Below, one piece after another: positions 59,010-64,000 of a stretch of DNA of 64,000 nt; positions within the stretch are counted from its first letter, which is position 1, and every line of letters starts with the position of its first letter. The stretch covers positions 64,001-128,000 of the forward strand of contig JAGTQC010000004.1 of NCBI GenBank assembly GCA_018396535.1. The letters are read 5' to 3'. Source of the DNA: Candidatus Bathyarchaeota archaeon (GTDB lineage: Archaea > Thermoproteota > CALKCG01 > B24 > DRYS01). The notes beneath the pieces were generated by a model. It searched no databases. It was not told the DNA's origin and saw nothing but the letters and a program-made list of their open reading frames with translations. Made by a program: the position numbers and the translations under genes.

Positions 59010-61237
59010 CTATTCTTTCACTATAAAATCTTCAGCCTTCGGAGGTTCTGGTGTTAGACCCTTCCTAGTTCTTATCTCTGTTACTATAGCCTTCTGCATA
59101 GATGCTGGTACCGGAGCCCATCTCGAGAAGCTTAGAGACCAGAATGCTTTACCACTAGTCGTAGACCTCATAACCTCAGCTAGATCGAATGTTTCTGCAG
59201 CAGGTATTTCGCCTATAATCCTAGCTAGATATGCATCCTGGGTTAGACTGACTACTTGTCCACGTTTACCAGTTATTATCCTTATAACGTTACCAACCAT
59301 ATCTAGAGGTGTTTTAACCTCTATACGCATTATAGGCTCTAGTAGTGCCGGGTTTGCTGAAAGCATAGCAGCGTAGATAGCCTGCCTTACAGCTGGTATT
59401 ATCTGTGCAGGTCCTCTATGTGCTGGATCCGAGTGTAATTCTGCATGGTTCAATATCACCTTTACACCTCTCACATACTCTCTACAGAGTGGGCCATCAT
59501 CCATAGCTGATAGGAATCCAGATACTATATAGTCTATAGCTTCATTCAGGTACTGTACACCCTTCGTTCTATCGACTAGTATACATCCATGTTGATCTAT
59601 AGCTAAGACATTTCTAGCATCTTCAGCACTCCACCCTGCATCCCTTAGGATCTTAGTCTTCATCCTCCTATCGAGTTCATCATGCAGCTCTCCACTCATA
59701 ATCTTATCTATAACCTCTGGTTCAAGAGGCTCCGTACTTATGAAGACTCTATTATGCTTATTCGGTGATTTACCCATGAACGGGCCTGCAGATCCTCTAA
59801 TAGTCTCTCTGTAGATTATCGTAGGCTTAGACACTATTATTTCTATACCTGCCTTCTGTATGAGTGTTAACGCTATCTCTATATGGACCTGGCCTAAACC
59901 TGATATCAGGTATTCGCCGCTCTCTTGATCTATATGCGTTACAAGATTCGGATCCTCTATGGATAGCCTTCTAAGGATATCTACTAGCTTAGGTAGATCC
60001 CTACTATACTTTGGCTCTATAGCTACCGTTATCACAGGCTCCGTCACATATCTAACCATCTCGAATGGCACTACATCCTGTATACTCGATATAGTCTCAC
60101 CAGCCCTAGCATCATCTAGACCTAGTAGTGCTGGTATATTGCCTGCAGATAGGCTTCCAACTATCTCCCTTCTAGGTCCCATGTATATGCATACCTGTTG
60201 TACGCGCCCCTTCCTCCTAGCTCCTACCAGGTATACTTCGCTCCCCTCGCTTATCGTTCCAGAAAATAGTCTACCAGTAGCTACTACACCTGCATGTGGA
60301 TCTACAGTTATATTCGATATACACATAACGACTGGGCCATCATCATCGCATGAAAGCATAGCCTTACCTACAGGGCTATCTAGATCTCCCCTCCATATCT
60401 TAGGTATCCTTATCTTCTGTGCATCTATCGGGTTAGGTATATGCCTAATAACCATCTCCAGTATAGCTTCGTGTAGCGGTAGATCCCTAGCTAGCTCCTC
60501 ACTCCTCCCCCTTCTATAAGCTTCCACTATATCCGAGAACTTAACCCCCTTCTTCATAGCTATATCTAACGTTAACCCCCATCTATCTCTAGCAGAACCG
60601 AAGGCAACCTGGTTTAGAGCAGGATTAACCTTCCAGCTTGATCTAAATTCTGGCTCAGCGTATATCTCGATAAGATTATTGAAATCCTTTATTATATTCA
60701 TCAGAGTTTCCTGGATAGCATTCGGTTCTAGCTTAAGCTCGTTTATCAATCTATCGATCTTATTTATGTAGAGTAGTGGTCTAACCCTCTCCTCGAGTGC
60801 TTGTCTAGTAACGGTTTCCGTCTGAGTCATAACACCTTCGACTGCATCTACGACTACTATAGCTCCATCTATAGCTCTCAAGCTCCTCGTAACTTTACCT
60901 GTAAAGTCGATGTGTCCAGGTGTATCTATCAGGTTTATGATATATGGCTTACCTTCAAGCTCGTAGTATAGGCTTATATTAGCTGCTTTAATCGTCATCT
61001 GCCTCTTCTGCTCCTCTTCCATATAGTCTAAAGCTAATGCTTTACCAGCTACGGTAGGCGATAGGAGTCCGGCTGCAGCAAGAAGGCTATCCGTCATCGT
61101 AGTTTTGCCATGATCGACGTGAGCTATTATACCTATATCTTCCGGGGGTGAAGAACCTCCTTTCACCCCTTTCGGATCTGACTCTTATCCTTAACTATAC
61201 CTAATACCTCTGCTACACTCTTATACCTTCCGGGCAT
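59010..61237 (-). CDS. fusA: Elongation factor aEF-2, split by an intron: exon 1 61237-61171, exon 2 61138-59010 (731 aa spliced)
   Basis: GGAGGAG SD then ATG at 61237; exon 1 = MPGRYKSVAEVLGIVKDKSQIR. Exon 2 carries AHVDHGKTT, DTPGH, NKID and the diphthamide loop HRGPAQ. The ORF-track start (61166) lies inside the intron. Confidence 0.95.
61139..61170 (-). other. 32-nt bulge-helix-bulge (archaeal endonuclease-type) mRNA intron in aEF-2
   Basis: Minus strand: TCCG-AA^A-GGGGTGAA-AGGAGGTTC-TTCACCCC-CGGA-AG^A-TATAGG. 4-bp central helix TCCG/CGGA, two 3-nt bulges, 8-bp intron stem. Splicing gives ATC CGA AAT ATA GGT = I-R-N-I-G. Confidence 0.9.
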
Positions 61238-61361
61238 ATTGAGTATCTCCTCCATTCATAGATTCTCTAAGCATTAGAGCATACTCATACTTCTATAAAC
61301 ATTTCTCTGCAGTATTCAGCAGAAAAGTTATAAAGGTTTCCCCGCCTCTGCTTTCATTGCT

Positions 61362-61715
61362 ATGAGTAGTGAGAAGATACCTCCAGCCGTACAGGAGCAG
61401 CTCGTAAGGGTTCAACAGCTTCAACAAACGTTTCAAGCTGTAGTTGCTCAGAAGCAGCAGCTGGAAGCTGAGCTTATAAGTATAGAGCAGGCTTTAGAGG
61501 AGTTGGAGAAGCTTCCAGATGATGCTACAGTGTATAAGGCTGTAGGACCTCTATTGATAAAGGTTAGTCGTAGCGCTATGGTAGCGGAGCTTAAGGAGAA
61601 GAAGGATCTACTAGATATGAGAATATCAGTTCTATCTAAGCAGGAGGAGAGGACTAGGGAGAAGCTTATAGAAGCTCAACGTAAACTACAAGCGCAGATT
61701 CAAGGTTTAACATAG
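61362..61715 (+). CDS. pfdB: Prefoldin beta subunit
   Basis: IPP.VQ.QL...QQLQQ, ALEEL, VYKAVG.LLIK coiled-coil/beta hairpin. Confidence 0.94.
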   Translation: MSSEKIPPAVQEQLVRVQQLQQTFQAVVAQKQQLEAELISIEQALEELEKLPDDATVYKAVGPLLIKVSRSAMVAELKEKKDLLDMRISVLSKQEERTREKLIEAQRKLQAQIQGLT

Positions 61716-61807
61716 ATCTAGCAGATTCGCTAACTAAAACTTATATCGTACGTAGATCCTTCGGGATAGATATACAGTAGGATTAGATAGCATTTGGAGG
61801 ATCTACT

Positions 61808-62653
61808 TTGCACCATATAGTTAGTATCAGGGATTTATGGTTTAGATATAGAGGATCTGATGAATGGACTCTTAGAGATATAGATCTAGATATAGAGAGG
61901 GGCGAGTTCGTAGTAATAACTGGTAGGAGTGGATGTGGTAAGACTACTCTATGCCGTTGTCTTAACGGTTTAATTCCACAGTTCTATGAAGGGGAGCTTA
62001 AAGGATCCGTTACGGTAGCCGGATTGGATGTTACTAGAATCCCAGTTGCACGTATAGCATCTATAGTTGGCATGGTGTTTCAGAACCCGTCAAGCCAGCT
62101 CTTCATGTTAACAGTCGAGAGGGATGTAGCATTCGGACCAGAGAATCTAGGATTACCTAAGGATGAGATTCTTCGAAGGGTTAATTGGGCTCTAGATATG
62201 CTGGGTATATCTGATTTAAGATTTAGATCTCCTCACGAGCTTTCAGGTGGTCAGCAGCAGAGGGTTGCTATAGCTGCTATACTAGCTATGCAGCCTCAGA
62301 TTATAGTTTTAGATGAGCCTACAGCCTACTTAGATCCATACACGTCTCTATCTATATTCAATCTACTCAAAGAACTTAATACTAAGCTCTGTTTGACTGT
62401 TATACTCGTAGAACATAAACTTGAACTAGTAGCTAGTTTAGCGGATAGAGTTATAGTTATGGATAAGGGATGTATAGTTTTAGATGGCAGTCCTAGAGAG
62501 ATCTTCGTGAAGGATCTATCAGTCTACGGTCTCAAACCTCCATCGATACCTAGATTATTCCTTAAGCTATCGGGGTATGGCTTCAAGTTTAGTAGGATAC
62601 CTTTAGCAGTCGAGGAGGCTGTAGAAGTTTTTAGAGAGGGTTCTAGGAGTTGA
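61808..62653 (+). CDS. ecfA1: ECF transporter ATPase A1
   Basis: GRSGCGKTT, VFQNP..Q, VAFGPENLG, LSGGQQQR, LDEPT. Confidence 0.9.
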   Translation: MHHIVSIRDLWFRYRGSDEWTLRDIDLDIERGEFVVITGRSGCGKTTLCRCLNGLIPQFYEGELKGSVTVAGLDVTRIPVARIASIVGMVFQNPSSQLFMLTVERDVAFGPENLGLPKDEILRRVNWALDMLGISDLRFRSPHELSGGQQQRVAIAAILAMQPQIIVLDEPTAYLDPYTSLSIFNLLKELNTKLCLTVILVEHKLELVASLADRVIVMDKGCIVLDGSPREIFVKDLSVYGLKPPSIPRLFLKLSGYGFKFSRIPLAVEEAVEVFREGSRS

Positions 62654-63477
62654 TAGAGGCTAGGAATGTATACTTTACGTATCCAGGTGGAGTTGAAGCT
62701 CTGCGAAACATAAACCTAACTATAGATAGAGGAGAGTTTGTAGCTATAATGGGTGAAAACGGAGCTGGTAAGACTACCCTTATAAAGATGTTTAACGGAT
62801 TACTTAAACCTAGTAAAGGCTACGTTAAGGTTGATGGTGTAGATACTAGAGAAGCATCTGTAGCCGAGCTCTCCCGTAAGGTTGGTATAGTATTCCAGAA
62901 TCCTGAGCATCAGCTATTCGCCGAGACAGTTGAAGAGGAGATAAAGTTTGCTCTTAGAAACTTCGGCTTCCCAGAGGATGAGATAGCTAGTAGAATAGAC
63001 TCTATACTCAGGTTTACTGGGCTTGAGAAGTATCGGGGGTCATCCCCGTTTATGCTTAGTGGTGGTGAGAAGAAGAGGTTGGCTTTAGCATCTATACTAG
63101 TATTCGATCCAGATTACCTAGTTCTTGATGAGCCTACGATAGGCCAGGATCCAGAGCAGAAGGATAGACTACTAGAATTCCTATACGAGGTTAATCGTAG
63201 GGGTAAAGCCATCGTCATGGTTACGCATGATGTGGAGTTTGTCGCGGAGTGTAAGCCTAGAGTTATACTTATGCGTAGAGGCGAGATCATAGCTGATGGC
63301 CCTGCTGAAAGGATACTTGTAGATGAGGATCTTATGAAATCTACATCTCTACTACCGCCTCAGATAGCTTTATTCCTATCTAAGCTTAATCTCAACGAAT
63401 CTAACTATACAGCTCTTAACGTAGATGATGCTCTCAGAGTAATACTAAGCATCTATAGGGGTGGATCCGTATGTTAA
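62650..63477 (+). CDS. ecfA2: ECF transporter ATPase A2
   Basis: GENGAGKTT, VFQNPEHQLF, LSGGEKKR, LDEPTIGQD. Confidence 0.9.
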   Translation: MIEARNVYFTYPGGVEALRNINLTIDRGEFVAIMGENGAGKTTLIKMFNGLLKPSKGYVKVDGVDTREASVAELSRKVGIVFQNPEHQLFAETVEEEIKFALRNFGFPEDEIASRIDSILRFTGLEKYRGSSPFMLSGGEKKRLALASILVFDPDYLVLDEPTIGQDPEQKDRLLEFLYEVNRRGKAIVMVTHDVEFVAECKPRVILMRRGEIIADGPAERILVDEDLMKSTSLLPPQIALFLSKLNLNESNYTALNVDDALRVILSIYRGGSVC

Positions 63478-64000
63478 GTTTTCTAGAGTTATTCAGGTTT
63501 AGGAGAAGGGATTCGCCTATACACAGGATGGATCCAAGGGTTAAAGCACTATACTTACTAGTGATGAGTACACTCTCGATAGTATACTATAGCCTAGCCG
63601 CTATGCTTACCTTATTCGCTTCGACGATACCGTTGATAGCTGTAGCTGGGGTTCATAGAGAATGGATACGTTCTCTTAGAGGAGCAGCATTCCTAGCGTC
63701 TATGATAATATTCGTTAATATGATTGCAGGATACTTATCCGAGGGCTTCATTTTAACTATGGATACCATATCATACGCTCTCTCCATGGGGCTGAGATTC
63801 CTAACATTCACATCTGTCTTCTCGATATTCTTCCTCACAACTACACCCGAAGATCTAAGCTTAGCGTTGGAGAAGCTTGGAGTACCATACGACTACTGCT
63901 TCGCTTTCACATCAGCTATAAGGTTCGTACCGGATTTAGCTCTAGAGATACAAACGGTTATAGATGCTCAGAGATCTAGAGGTTTAGAACTTGAGAAGGG
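63471..64000 (+). CDS. ecfT: ECF transporter transmembrane component T (partial, runs off window end)
   Basis: Not in ORF track. Manual translation: MLSFLELFRFRRRDSPIHRMDPRVK...TTTPEDL..ALEKLGVP...AIRFVP...IDAQRSRGLELEK. Confidence 0.9.
   Translation, partial: MLSFLELFRFRRRDSPIHRMDPRVKALYLLVMSTLSIVYYSLAAMLTLFASTIPLIAVAGVHREWIRSLRGAAFLASMIIFVNMIAGYLSEGFILTMDTISYALSMGLRFLTFTSVFSIFFLTTTPEDLSLALEKLGVPYDYCFAFTSAIRFVPDLALEIQTVIDAQRSRGLELEK

Noticed and set aside
61139-61166. ORF-track N-terminus MKGGSSPPED for EF-2, or a simple frameshift/sequencing error
   Set aside because: The GTG lies in the intron stem, and the conserved EF-2 N-terminus with an SD lies upstream in another frame. A one-base fix would leave about 10 foreign residues before the G1 motif, whereas BHB excision restores it exactly.
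1818-63838. Many antisense or overlapping ORFs in the track (e.g. 3014-3472, 19380-19904, 35907-36497, 46435-47097, 59959-60519)
   Set aside because: They lie opposite well-supported genes, are Ser/Ile/Leu-rich shadows of codon bias and carry no recognisable motifs.
1-64000. CRISPR arrays, transposases, rRNA genes, inteins
   Set aside because: No regularly spaced repeats, transposase motifs or rRNA-like sequence were seen. Top6, Cdc48, FEN-1 and EF-2 have normal lengths without intein insertions.

Overview
64 kb of a gene-dense archaeal chromosome, most likely a TACK/Thermoproteota-type thermophile (inferred from archaeal PEP carboxylase, topoisomerase VI, Rio1/Dim2/aIF-1A, rpo7/spt4, thermosome, Cdc48, FEN-1, aEF-2 and BRE/TATA promoters). 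It is mostly housekeeping: rearranged ribosomal protein clusters, LysW-type lysine/arginine genes, SufCB, a four-subunit 2-oxoacid:ferredoxin oxidoreductase and an ECF transporter. It also has two tRNAs (Asn-GTT, Glu-TTC) flanking a small decayed islet, a box C/D-like sRNA, an unexplained amino-sugar/polyol gene cluster and a large frameshifted surface-layer gene beside two RHH-like regulators. The standout feature is in the elongation factor 2 gene, which is split by a 32-nt intron (61139-61170, minus strand) folding into an archaeal bulge-helix-bulge splice motif. Cutting at the canonical bulge positions restores the conserved IRNIGIIAHVDHGKTT motif, whereas the unspliced frame stops after 24 codons. 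An essential translation factor therefore appears to need tRNA-type splicing of its mRNA. All calls come from reading the sequence; no searches were run.
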